DNA of 64,000 nt, taken from Tubulanus polymorphus (taxonomy: Eukaryota; Animalia; Nemertea). A model generated the notes under the pieces. The model was not told the origin of the DNA, did not search any database, and was given only the letters and a program-made list of their open reading frames with translations. Positions 9,868 to 20,718 of the stretch are shown here, piece after piece. The translations under genes were made by a program, and so were the position numbers. Position 1 is the stretch's first letter; each line of letters opens with the position of its first letter. The DNA is taken from positions 10,602,001 to 10,666,000 of the forward strand of contig NC_134028.1 in NCBI RefSeq assembly GCF_964204645.1. Reading direction: 5' to 3'.

Positions 9868-11115
9868 TTAATACATAGCACTATCTAATTGTGAATTTAC
9901 AATATTTAATTGCGCGTCAGATATAATATAAATGTGCATTTTAAAATTTTTGATTCCTTTATTCTTTGTCATGAATAATTGTATTCCATCTTTAGTGTTT
10001 TGTAGTTTTTTTCCAGAACCATGTAATGAATTATCCTCTGTTGTTCTAAAATCTAACCATAATGCATATTTATTACCGGTATAATAATCAATTTGATTAA
10101 TGTTACAATTTTCAAATGATTTTACTTTTTCATTCATAAAATGTTTTCTAATTTCTGGCCATTGATCAATCATTCTCATTCCTTGACAAAATATTTTATT
10201 TGCTATTCCTCCGATTGTTATTTCTACTTTTGTTATTTCAGGATTATAATAATTATCAACATTTATTGCGCCATTAGTATATGTTGCAATGGTAAAAAAT
10301 ATTAATATGCCTTTAATAGATCTTCTTGGGAAGTTAATATTCTCATTAATTATTTCATCATTTGCATTAATAGTTACGGTTTTAAATTTATCAATATAAT
10401 CATATAATAATGAAAATCCTTGATTGTATTTAGTTTGAATTATACTTGAAATATTTTCATCAGTTACTGTGTCATATTCTAAACATATATTCGATAATTT
10501 ATAACTCATATCTTTAACAACGCTAGATAATACAATTTCATTAACAGGAGCAAATGTTATCTCAAATATAATATCTTCTTGAATTGCGTATTTATATAAA
10601 GGTGCATTATTATTTATCAATTCAAAGTCTAATGGAATTTTATATTTGCTTCCATATATACTTTTTATCAATTTATCTACAGCATTAGTTAAAATTGCGC
10701 TATTAGCTTCTGATCTTAATTTATTTTGGTTTTCTGATTGGATGCCTTGAAATATCATATTATTTCTATTTTCTTTAGTTAACCATAAATCTTTATAATG
10801 CATAAATAAATTATAATCATCTAATGAGAAAACTGTTTCTGGACCAATCTTTATAGTTAATTTTTTAATCAAATATCTTCCAACATTATCAACAACATAA
10901 TTATTATTATTACCGATTACTTTTATATCGGCCGATAAATGAATACTATTTGGAACATAAAAGGTATTTTGTGTTAATCTAGGAATTCTAACATATAAAG
11001 TTTCATCGGGATTAATATTAGAAGGGTTATGAGTAATTATATGATGTGATCTTTCTGCTTTAATAGCATTAGATATTCTATGATTCTTAGAAGGATTGAT
11101 ATAACTCCCACTCAT
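9868..11115 (-). CDS. Probable major capsid protein (double jelly-roll, 415 aa)
   Basis: Intact, beta-rich ORF of the right size at the end of the structural module. Motifs HHIITHNPSNI...LYVRIP, YKLSNICLEYD and ALWLDFRT...LHGSG resemble Polinton MCPs from memory. Fold not computed. Confidence 0.75.
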   Translation of the reverse strand: MSGSYINPSKNHRISNAIKAERSHHIITHNPSNINPDETLYVRIPRLTQNTFYVPNSIHLSADIKVIGNNNNYVVDNVGRYLIKKLTIKIGPETVFSLDDYNLFMHYKDLWLTKENRNNMIFQGIQSENQNKLRSEANSAILTNAVDKLIKSIYGSKYKIPLDFELINNNAPLYKYAIQEDIIFEITFAPVNEIVLSSVVKDMSYKLSNICLEYDTVTDENISSIIQTKYNQGFSLLYDYIDKFKTVTINANDEIINENINFPRRSIKGILIFFTIATYTNGAINVDNYYNPEITKVEITIGGIANKIFCQGMRMIDQWPEIRKHFMNEKVKSFENCNINQIDYYTGNKYALWLDFRTTEDNSLHGSGKKLQNTKDGIQLFMTKNKGIKNFKMHIYIISDAQLNIVNSQLDSAMY

Positions 11116-11135
11116 TTATTTAACAAAAAAATTAA

Positions 11136-12314
11136 TTAATTATTTTTTATCATATTCACTAATCCAAAAATAATAGCACTTACAACAGTTATTAAAAATA
11201 AAATAATATGTTCAGCAGCAAAGTTAATAATGTTTCCTGCAGATTTCAATATAAAACCAACAATTGAAGCAGTAACTCCAGGTAAAGCTGCAGCAGATTT
11301 TTTAGATAGTTCCCATAAATATTTTGCTAATTTCTTTAAACCATCTTTAACTTTATCTTGTATAGAATTATTACCTGGGGGTTTATCTGGTTTATTGGGA
11401 GTAGGTAAATAATTTTGATATCTTATAATGTTTTCTGGAATCGATCTATTTTTATCATTATGTATGGAATCTTCAAATAAAACTTTAAATTGTTTCTGCG
11501 CATCGAATGAAGTGTTATCATTTCCAATTATTGGGGATCTTGTTTCAACTTGCGCACCTAAAATACATATCAAATAAGTTCTAATAGATTGATTTATTCT
11601 TTGTATTCCAGCTTTAGTAAAACCTTCACTATTTTCTAAAATGAAATTAACCCAACCATTATTGTTTTGTTGTTGTATATTATTATAATATTTTGGTAAT
11701 TCATTCCAATTTAGTGTTCTTATATCTGAATTTGTCATTATTTTTCCAAATTCTTTAGTATATAATATTCCTAATCCACCCATTGTTCCAATTTTTGCTC
11801 TAAAATCTTTATTTGAATTAATATTAAATTCATTACATATTTTATAAAACTTAGAAAAATTAATATTATTATTCAATTCTTTAAAATATTTTGAACCTGG
11901 TAAAGGACATTCTAATTCATCTAATATTAATTTTATTTGAAAATATGTATGAAATCTAAAAAGTGATAACATCAATGGTAAACTTGGTTTATTTAAATGA
12001 TCATTCCAACTTATTCCACATCCTGTTGTTGCGCAATAAACAGCAAAATTTAATTGGTTCTGCCAATACTTCATATTAGATTTTAATAACCATTGTTTTG
12101 CCTCATTTAAATTTTTAAAATTAATCAAATATACATGAAATATATTTTCCATCTTTACATGAAAACTATTACTTTCAGTAACATAAATATATAAATCAAT
12201 TAATGAATTTAAAACTTCATTTCTATATGTAATATCTTTATTAAAATCTATTGCTGGAATATTATATTTAATTGATTTATTATATTGGAAAGCTTTTGGA
12301 AAACTATCTGCCAT
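11136..12314 (-). CDS. Polinton hypothetical protein (392 aa) with C-terminal amphipathic/TM segment, possibly a fusion of two genes
   Basis: Open ORF. WQNQLNFAVYCATTGCGIS motif. Abrupt change at the Pro-rich PTPNKPDKPP linker to a hydrophobic tail. Confidence 0.7.
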   Translation of the reverse strand: MADSFPKAFQYNKSIKYNIPAIDFNKDITYRNEVLNSLIDLYIYVTESNSFHVKMENIFHVYLINFKNLNEAKQWLLKSNMKYWQNQLNFAVYCATTGCGISWNDHLNKPSLPLMLSLFRFHTYFQIKLILDELECPLPGSKYFKELNNNINFSKFYKICNEFNINSNKDFRAKIGTMGGLGILYTKEFGKIMTNSDIRTLNWNELPKYYNNIQQQNNNGWVNFILENSEGFTKAGIQRINQSIRTYLICILGAQVETRSPIIGNDNTSFDAQKQFKVLFEDSIHNDKNRSIPENIIRYQNYLPTPNKPDKPPGNNSIQDKVKDGLKKLAKYLWELSKKSAAALPGVTASIVGFILKSAGNIINFAAEHIILFLITVVSAIIFGLVNMIKNN

Positions 12315-12330
12315 TTATATAATTAAAAAA

Positions 12331-12765
12331 TTAATAATTTATTAATTCTTTTAATAATTTATCTTGTTCTTCAACTGTTATATGACCATTTAAACTTATT
12401 ATACAATCTAGTGTGTTCTTTAATTTATTAATTTCTTTTATATTAGTTTTAATTTTTTCTTTATTACTTTTTATATTTAATTTTGAACTTATACCGGTTA
12501 AAACACTTGAACTTAATCCTAACACACCAATTGATATAGCTAAAGGTGTTAATGGTGAAAATATTGCTAAAAATGTTATTACAGAACTAATTGTAACCGA
12601 ACCACTAATAATAAGATAATATATAATTTTAGATTTTAGATATTTTTTCTTTTTTATCTTTAAGTCACTTTCAAATTCTAATATTTGTTTTTCTAAATAT
12701 ATTTTTAATTTAGTTTTATTTATATCATGAGGAATAATATCAATACTATCAACTTTATCTTCCAT
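12331..12765 (-). CDS. Polinton two-TM/coiled-coil protein (144 aa)
   Basis: Open ORF with a TAAATG start and a hydrophobic hairpin flanked by Lys-rich helices. Confidence 0.7.
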   Translation of the reverse strand: MEDKVDSIDIIPHDINKTKLKIYLEKQILEFESDLKIKKKKYLKSKIIYYLIISGSVTISSVITFLAIFSPLTPLAISIGVLGLSSSVLTGISSKLNIKSNKEKIKTNIKEINKLKNTLDCIISLNGHITVEEQDKLLKELINY

Positions 12766-12784
12766 TTATTTAGAAAAAAAATTA

Positions 12785-13207
12785 CTAATTAGTAAACTTA
12801 TAAGCAACAAATATAACAATAACAGTTCCGCCTAAAATCCATATTATTTCATATTTCTTCTGTTCATTACTTGGGGTATAATAATCTGATAATTTAGGTT
12901 TGTATAGATGTAATTTTTCTTTATTGGTTACCGCGTTATATAAACTCATAGCTTCATCAACTGATTGAAAATCTCTATGTGAAATCTTCTGATCATATAA
13001 TTCTTTGTTAATATAATCCATATAGTTTTGTCTCTTTTCTCTATATTCTTCTGCTGCTTTATTATATTTCTCTAATGCTAAGTTATGTCTTTTTTGTTCT
13101 GTTAATGAACCATTTTTATCAATATGCTTAAATAAATATCCACCTCCAGTAAATGCTAAAGCGTTAACAATTGCCGATCCTATAATAGTTATAATTGCAG
13201 AAGCCAT
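12785..13207 (-). CDS. Polinton membrane protein (140 aa)
   Basis: Hydrophobic N- and C-termini with a central coiled coil EQKRHNLALEK. Confidence 0.75.
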   Translation of the reverse strand: MASAIITIIGSAIVNALAFTGGGYLFKHIDKNGSLTEQKRHNLALEKYNKAAEEYREKRQNYMDYINKELYDQKISHRDFQSVDEAMSLYNAVTNKEKLHLYKPKLSDYYTPSNEQKKYEIIWILGGTVIVIFVAYKFTN

Positions 13208-13247
13208 TTATTTAACAAAAGAAATTATGTATTTATATGGGTGGAAT

Positions 13248-13454
13248 CTATTTTTGTTTTTCTAAATAATCAATAGTTAAATTAGATAAAGCAACTGCTA
13301 ATGTTAATTTCAAAATATCATTTATATCAAATCTATCAACATTAACACTTCCCATTTTGAATACTTTTTTTAATACCATTGAATAACCAACAGTTCCAAC
13401 TGATAGTAATGCGCCATTATATAATCCAGTTATTATCCACTTATTATCACTCAT
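13248..13454 (-). CDS. Polinton small hydrophobic protein (68 aa)
   Basis: Starts immediately after the stop of the upstream ORF. Two hydrophobic stretches. Confidence 0.65.
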   Translation of the reverse strand: MSDNKWIITGLYNGALLSVGTVGYSMVLKKVFKMGSVNVDRFDINDILKLTLAVALSNLTIDYLEKQK

Positions 13455-13796
13455 TTATTCATCAAAAAAATTACTATCTTCAAAATATTTAGTTATCTTA
13501 TTTATAATTATGTCAACATTTATTTCATTACTAGTTTTATGATTATCATATATTTTGGATAATATGTTTTTGATATCTTCAATAATTCCATCTTCATTTA
13601 ATTCATAATATTCTAAAGGTGATTTAATTAAATCAATTACTTTTTCTATATTATAATTTTCTTTATCAATCATTGACGCATTGTTAAATGATTTACTTTT
13701 TATATCAGTAATTACATCATTTAGTTTAATTCTCATTTCTTTACCATGTTTAAAATCATATCCAAAACATATACTCGGTCCAACAGTTATATTCAT
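13455..13796 (-). CDS. Polinton hypothetical protein (113 aa)
   Basis: Open ORF in the tightly packed co-oriented gene block, with a TAAATG start. Confidence 0.65.
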   Translation of the reverse strand: MNITVGPSICFGYDFKHGKEMRIKLNDVITDIKSKSFNNASMIDKENYNIEKVIDLIKSPLEYYELNEDGIIEDIKNILSKIYDNHKTSNEINVDIIINKITKYFEDSNFFDE

Positions 13797-13813
13797 TTAT
13801 ATAGTGAGAAAAA

Positions 13814-14572
13814 TTACTCTCTACATCTTACAACTAATTCATAAATTACGGGGAAATTATTTAAATCAATTAAGTATCCATTATGATTTCTAATTTCTAA
13901 TCTAAAATTATTAAAACGAGGAATGCATGGTTTGAAATCACATTCTGTTAAATTATAATTTATTTGCGTTCCAAATTCTTTAACATTCTCCAATGGTAAA
14001 ATGTTTAGTAAACCAGAATTACAAGTTATATCTTTAGTTGCTTCGAATGTTTTTGTAGGATCGATTAAATTGCAATAAATATAAAAGTGTGTAAAAGGTA
14101 TTAAGTTTGGCGTAGCATCAATATTTGTAAAAGATTTATCTGGAGGAATTCCTAACAGTTTAGCTATAGGTTTTTTTACCATAAATGCATGTTTTTCACT
14201 ATCAGACAACCTTATCTTTATTTTGTCAGTACTCTCACTTTTTAAAAATCTAATATTAAACCCGGAATTATTACCTGACTTGTGCCAGGCTTTTCTATTA
14301 ATTTCTTGTGCCAATGTATCTGAATTATATAACCCCGGTTTTAAATATATATAGGCCCATTCATTTTTATTTTTATTAAAAATTAAAAAAGCTCTGTGTT
14401 CAATAGTTTTATTCGATATATTGTAAAAAGAATTACATAAACTTATATTAACTAATTTTAAATCTACACAATTCTTGAATTCTCTATCTAATTGTACTAG
14501 TAAATTATGAGATTTATAATTTGTAAGCCTTCTAGAATCAACAAATATTCTGTATTCTTTTAATTCCGCCAT
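13814..14572 (-). CDS. Probable minor capsid (penton, single jelly-roll) protein
   Basis: Pattern of Polinton/virophage pentons: IFVDSR...N, LKPGLYN...LAQEIN, FYIYCNLI, and C-terminal LEIRNHNGYLIDLNNFPVIYEL. Confidence 0.8.
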   Translation of the reverse strand: MAELKEYRIFVDSRRLTNYKSHNLLVQLDREFKNCVDLKLVNISLCNSFYNISNKTIEHRAFLIFNKNKNEWAYIYLKPGLYNSDTLAQEINRKAWHKSGNNSGFNIRFLKSESTDKIKIRLSDSEKHAFMVKKPIAKLLGIPPDKSFTNIDATPNLIPFTHFYIYCNLIDPTKTFEATKDITCNSGLLNILPLENVKEFGTQINYNLTECDFKPCIPRFNNFRLEIRNHNGYLIDLNNFPVIYELVVRCRE

Positions 14573-14589
14573 TTATTTTACATATTTTC

Positions 14590-14943
14590 TTATTCGAAAT
14601 CTATTTCATGGTGCCCTTTTTCATTCTTACCTTTGTATATGAAATAGAAATCTCCAGAACATAATTCTTCTAAATCTTCAGTTGATAATCTATGAAATCT
14701 ATCAGGTAAATATGTTCTGAATTTATATGTATTTCCTTTTAATCCTTCATATTCTAAGTGTATAACTAATTTATCTCCATAGTTATTAGTAACTGTAACA
14801 ATATTTGTAATTAGATATTTCTTATGGATTGTTAATTCTGTTAACTTTTTGAATTTATAATCTACAGATTTTACATTTGTTATATCTTTAATTCTATCTA
14901 GAAATAATTTGTTGTTCTCACTGTGTGCTTGTTTACTCTCCAT
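14590..14943 (-). CDS. Polinton hypothetical protein next to polB (117 aa), possibly OB-fold/ssDNA-binding
   Basis: Open, beta-rich ORF directly downstream of polB. The function is inference only. Confidence 0.65.
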   Translation of the reverse strand: MESKQAHSENNKLFLDRIKDITNVKSVDYKFKKLTELTIHKKYLITNIVTVTNNYGDKLVIHLEYEGLKGNTYKFRTYLPDRFHRLSTEDLEELCSGDFYFIYKGKNEKGHHEIDFE

Positions 14944-14972
14944 TTAAATAACATATTTTTATTAAAATTTGA

Positions 14973-17900
14973 TTAACACGTTAGAATTCTTTTCATTATC
15001 TCGTTCTCTTTTGTTTCTTCTCTTTTAAATTTTAAGTATTCATCTAAATTACAACCATAAGCAGCTGTATGAATTCCATCATCTAAAATATATCTTTTAT
15101 CATCAAATGGGTTTAAACTTATCTTTTCAATTTCTTCAATAAACATTTCATGATCTTCAGATCTTAAACATCTCATCTTATGTTTTCTAACTTCTTCATT
15201 GAATATACAATTTATGTAATCTTTGAAATGAATATTCTTTTCTACTACACTTTTGGTTATTCCTTTTAACTTTTTAGCTTCATGTTCTTTAGTTTTATAT
15301 GAATACATTTTAGATCTAATACCTATGAACTCTATCATTTCTTCACCACCTAATTCATCCTTAAACTTCCCGGGAACTTTTTTATTATCATTGCTAAACA
15401 ATTCATGATTTTTAGGATAGTTACTGAAATCAAAATGATGTTTTAATGTTTTTAAATCATCTGTTATGTTATCAGTTTTTATCTTTAATATGTAAGAATC
15501 GGTATCAAAATATAAGATTTCTATATGTTTTTCTCCAAAAAGTGGTTGTAATACATTATAATAGAATTCATACATTAGTAATTTTGATAATTCTAAAACT
15601 GAAGCGCAAACATAGATTGGTTTATTAAATTTCATAGATGTTCTTCTCATTTTAACTGCGGCTAAATTTTCATCAAATATTCTGTTACCTAAAAACTTAG
15701 GATATGTTTGTAAATGTCTAATTCTTTTACCATTACTAACTAACTCAATATCATTTCTATTTCTAATATTTTCACAAGTCTTACCATAGAATGCATTGTT
15801 CATTAACTTAAAAAAATCTTTCTCAAAATCAGTTTTAGCTTTAGTTCTCTGTTTTGTGTTAAAATCTATATATTTTTCTAACCACTTACATTGATTGAAT
15901 GAAATATATCTATGTACTTTTTTTAGAACCATTCCTTGATTCAAATAAAACTTTAACATTCTACAATGTACTACATAATTATATTTATCTTCTTGAGTTA
16001 CCATTAACTTTTCTGTATGAATATGATTTTCGGGTTTAATTCTTTTTTGATAATTTGATAATTCTTCATGAGTTACAGTTTTATGTTCGGGACAGTAAGC
16101 TAGATTTCTAGATTTAAATTTAATATGTTCAGGATATTCTAAATCTACAACAAAGAAGTAACCAGTATCTGAATCATCTGCAATATCTAGAATTCTTTTC
16201 TTCCAATCAAATTTATCATTATTTTCATTCTGTAAAACTTCAGTTAATTCAAATACTCCATAAGGTTGTGGTTCCATCATTGCCCAACCATACAAATTAT
16301 TTGCATCTATATATAATAACTTATATCCAGGGTTATCATTTACATTGAAATATCTATTACCTAATACGCCTGAAACTCCTCCTCTTATAGATTTTTCAAA
16401 TAATAGTAATTGATCTATATTTGTTAACAAATCCATTTTTATATCTGTAAATTTTAATCCACAATCCCATGTTAATCCTGGACTTGAATAACAATGACAA
16501 GGATCAATATTGAAATATTTTAGGTTTACATCTCTAAACCTTTCGAATATATCGGTTAATAATAATACATCTGATTTTAAATATAAATCTACTAATTGCC
16601 CATGATTTTCTATTTTGAAATGATTCCAAATATTCAATGACTTCATCTTTAACATATTCATTTTTTAATTCATCATAGAATTGTTCTTTCAATAATTCAA
16701 TTATTTTAAAATCATTATGTGATTTATAAAATGAATATGGAATTGCGCCTTTATATCTCATTAATTTAAAATCATCATTATTTGGGTAGTGTTGCTTTAA
16801 TATTTTTAATTCATCATCAACTAATGATTTTGATAAGTTATCTAATGAACTATTTAAAAATCTATATGAATCTATAAATCTTAAACACCCAAATTGGAAT
16901 GATATATAATTCTCAGATGTTTTAGCTAACATTCTAAATTTATAAGTTGGTATTTTATCTTTTGATCTATTTGAATTTAATATTTCTATTTCATTATTGA
17001 TTTCTTCTATTTTATGACATAACTGTTTGATAAATAAATGCGCGTCATACCCCGATAAATTGTGAAATATAATGGGGACAAAATTGATTTTCTTTGCTTG
17101 CAAATTACAATTCTCATGCGCAGCGCCTCTAAACTTTCCATTCAAATGATCATGGTCTCTTACTTTTTTATCTTTATAATTAAATATCTTTTCACAATAA
17201 TAACATTTACCTGAAAACGCAAATTCTTCTTTATCTTTTTCTGTCATAATTATTTCTTTATTTGTATTCAATAATTTACTAAATCTTATTTCATATTCAA
17301 TTAATAAGTCACAAAAATGATTGATAACATTTTCATTTCTATAATCATAATATTCACTTTCAATTAGTTCTGGATAATCAGATTTAATATATAACCCGAA
17401 AGCTGCAGCTGATTGATGAATCTTTTTAATAGTATTTGTTTTTGGTGGTTCATCTGAAAAATCATTTTCATTACAATTTAATTTCTTTCTTTTATAATAT
17501 ATTTCTTTTCTATCTTGATCAGTTAGTTCTTTATTTAATGATTCAAAATCTCCATATATAACAAATGGAACTTTATTTTTGTAATTATATTTTTTGAATT
17601 CTAATATTTTATCCTTTTCATTTGGTAAAACTAATTTACAATAATCATGATTTTCACATAATTGTTTATGATTTAATAATGCAATTTCAGTTCTGAATTT
17701 AGTTATACATTTTCTACATAGATATATTTTATTATCAAAATCATTTTCTGATTTGAAAAATAAATCAATACGTTTTATCCACATATAATGATTCTCATAA
17801 TATAATATATCTATAACATCCTTTGAATCATAATCTTTTGATAGGTATAAAGGTTCTAATGTATAATGTTTTATGTTGTTACCTTTTGTATTTGGTAATT

Positions 17901-19005
17901 TGATTAAATCAAATACATTTATCTTTAGATTATTATCTCTTTCTATTTTTGGGATGTTTTTAATTATAACAGGATACTTATCTATCTTATAATTATTTTC
18001 AAATAGTTTATAATGAGTTAATCTAAAACTATGTTGTTTATAATCTTCAACTGGGTGTAAACAACCTATTATAGTCCATAGAAAACATTTATCATCTTCA
18101 TTTTGTACATTTATTACAGCATTAGTTTTAAATGGTAGTTTAATATAACTTGTTCCATTTATACTATCATCTTTATAATAAGATAAATTATTTTCATCTA
18201 TTGGTTTCGATTTAGTTAACTTATTATATTTTGTGTTATAAACATGTAAAGTCATAAATATTATCTCATCAAATATTAAACCAGATCCTTCAAAATATTT
18301 CTCTTCTATTTTAGTTTTTACTTCATTATAACATTTATCTAATTTATCATCTATATGTTGTTTAGATATAATATGTTGTGAATGAGAATTTATATTATAT
18401 ATTGGTTTATCTTCAGATTTTATGAATTTAACTTTAACTGATATACTAATTTTAGGATATTCAACATCTGTAATTATTTTTATTATTTCTTTCATATTTT
18501 CTAAATGTTTTTTATTTTCTTCTAATGTTTTTCCTTTATGAAATTTGAACTCGATAGCTGCTGGACCAATATCACTTTTAAATGCTTCGGTTATCTCTAT
18601 ATCTTTTTTATTATCTAATGAATTAATATAATTTCTTACATCTTCCATGTATGGTCTTTTATTGTTTAATTTATTTTTTATGCTTTTAATTGTCTTCTGT
18701 TTCTTATCATCATCTTTATCAAAATAATCTTCACCTAAAATATCATTATTCTTATTTCTAATATGACTTATAGATTTTAAATGTTATTTATAATATCTTT
18801 TATCACTGAATGATTGATTACATGTATCACATTTGTATGTTTCTTTTTCATTCTTTAATTCATCTAATTTAGATTCTAATATATCATCTTTATATTCTAG
18901 TTTCAATTTATTCTCTGAATGTGTTTTAGTTTTATTGTGTCTTGCTTTTTGGGATTTATCTATATTGATATTACATGTTGGGCAGTAGTACTTATTTGCT
19001 TCCAT
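14973..19005 (-). pseudogene. Protein-primed family B DNA polymerase (pPolB) with N-terminal zinc fingers and EndoVII-like insert; one nonsense codon and one frameshift
   Basis: Exonuclease motifs YGDFES and FHNLSGYD; RDHDHLNGKFRGAAHENCN; polymerase motifs YIDANNLYG, KLMNNAFYGK and YFDTDS. In-frame TAA at 18784-18786. Frameshift near 16640. Confidence 0.95.
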
Positions 19006-19487
19006 TTTAATACTAAATTTTTTATTAAAATTGATTTTAGAAGTTATTCATTTATATTTTATTCATATATATGAATATATATGAGTAATAGGGGTAATGG
19101 GCTTTCAAGCTAAAGGTTGAATGGTCGAGTTCATTAATAACAAATATTAAAAGTAATTTAAAACTATAATATATTTTCATAACCGTGTGTATTTCAGTTG
19201 AACAATAGAATAATTATTATTATTTGAATATATTTGATTATATGAATTTGTGTATTGTAAATAAATCAATTGGTCGCGGAGCGGAGCGGTAGCGAAGTGG
19301 AGCGACCAATTGATTTAATACAATATGCTTTTTAAATTATTGATATCTTAGAATAAATATTTAGTTATAATATAAAATACACACGGTTATGAAAATATAT
19401 TATAGTTTTTAATTACTTTTAATGTTTTGTTTTTTAATGAACTCGACCGTTCGACCTTTGGCTTGAAACAACTAAACCCCTATTACT
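18892..19487 (-). repeat. Right TIR of Polinton B
   Basis: Reverse complement of 3118-3714. Self-complementary unit at 19084-19487. Confidence 0.95.
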
Positions 19488-20266
19488 GAGGTGGACGAAC
19501 ACGAAGAAGTAGGCTATTGCGCTACTTGAATCACGAAAACTCCTGGCGCGGCCCCGACGCTTTTCGTTGATTAAGTAATACAAATATCATGCAATGGGTT
19601 TTCACAATCTACCGCTGGTATTTACCGGATTTCAATATCACTCCAAAATTCAAAGAAACCTCGAAATATCGAACCGGAACACTTCCGGTAGATATCCGCG
19701 GCTGCCCAACCGGGAAACTTATTTGTTTCAATAGATATTGATAGGATCCATCATCTTCACCCGTCAAGGGATTCGAACCCACTAAGCTAAAGCCATGCCA
19801 GAATTGGGTCGGGCCAATCACAGCGCTTGTAACAAACCACATTAGACTTCTGTGGAATTTCCCAGTGAATGGGCCAATCAGCGAACACGTAGCGAACGCG
19901 GAAGTATTGTCGCGTGTTGATACATGACGTCATGCGCAAAAGCGCCAGTAATGAAATCGCGATAATTCACGTGAACAGCTGCTGATATTTTCAGATAAAC
20001 CAATCACAGGGAAGACACAACTTCCTGATTGGCTGATAAAAATTGAAATTTTCCCGATTTAACTTTCGTGAAAAATGCAGAAAACATTTTTATGAGACCC
20101 TATTTCAAAATTCTGCTCGCTACGATTCCGAGAATGGATTACGCTTAAATACGTGATTTGTTCGAATATGCCCTCACTTGGCAAGCAAAAGAGCCTTTTG
20201 TGTGGAAACCATGTCATTTAAATTCGCTCCATTTGTATAGTAATAGGCTCAGCCTACGGCTGGCCT

Positions 20267-20718
20267 AATAAAACTAGAAATCTTATATTCTCCCTAAAGT
20301 CTTTAACAATTGAATTATATTTTTGATTTAAAACCAATGTTGTTATCCCAAAATGTCTCCCAGAGAAAGCTAAATAACATAACTCACTTTCTCTCACTTT
20401 TGAATCATGTAAATTAGCGCAATCATCTATAATGAATAATGTATTTAATCCTTTATAAGTATCAATTGCTATTTTAATACAATTATCTAAATTTTCTTTT
20501 ACTGTTTTAGGATTTAATATAATAAATTTTATCATCTTAACTATATCTCTATTATATGTTTCATTCATTTCATAAGTAGGACAGAATAATATTATATTAT
20601 CAAAATGATTCTTGTAAATAGTTTCTAACAAATCTAATATGAAATGTGTTTTACCACAATTGGTTACTCCAGTCACTTACATATTATGCGGTTCAAATAT
20701 AAATAAATCTTTATTCAT
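20267..20718 (-). pseudogene. Packaging ATPase N-terminal part (copy A)
   Basis: GVTNCGKT, FIIDD and GRH motifs. TAA at 20677-20679 where B has TTA. Truncated at RFLVL by the insertion. Confidence 0.92.

Larger units (their letters stand above)
3118..19487. mobile_element. Polinton/Maverick (adintovirus-like) endogenous element, copy B, full length (16.4 kb) but decayed
   Basis: Ends are AGTAATAGGGG...CCCCTATTACT. TIRs are ~596 bp (3118-3714 / 18892-19487). A perfect 6-bp TSD GAGGTG lies at 3112-3117 and 19488-19493. Encodes pPolB, retroviral-like integrase, packaging ATPase and capsid-like genes. Much more AT-rich than the flanks. Confidence 0.96.
1657..20266 (-). mobile_element. Non-autonomous Helentron/HINE (DINE-1-like) element, ~2.2 kb net (1657-3117 plus 19494-20266), interrupted by Polinton B
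   Basis: Inserted in a T-run of the ATPase gene. The plus-strand left end reads AACAAG, hairpin GCCCC-AA-GGGGC, then subTIR GGCCAGCC. The right end reads CAGCC-TAC-GGCTGGCC-TAA (inverted subTIR within a small hairpin). Internal segments recur elsewhere (e.g. 2350-2466 ~ 57487-57593; 1800-1950 ~ 26265-26425). Confidence 0.75.

Noticed and set aside
16534-16661. Programmed frameshift in polB
   Set aside because: No convincing slippery site or structure, and the gene also has a nonsense codon. A small deletion is more likely.
5623-20679. Stop-codon reassignment or readthrough explaining in-frame TAA/TAG in several Polinton genes
   Set aside because: The sibling copy has a sense codon at the checkable site (TTA vs TAA in the ATPase). 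Frameshifts and deletions co-occur, and TAA is the normal terminator, so this is ordinary decay.
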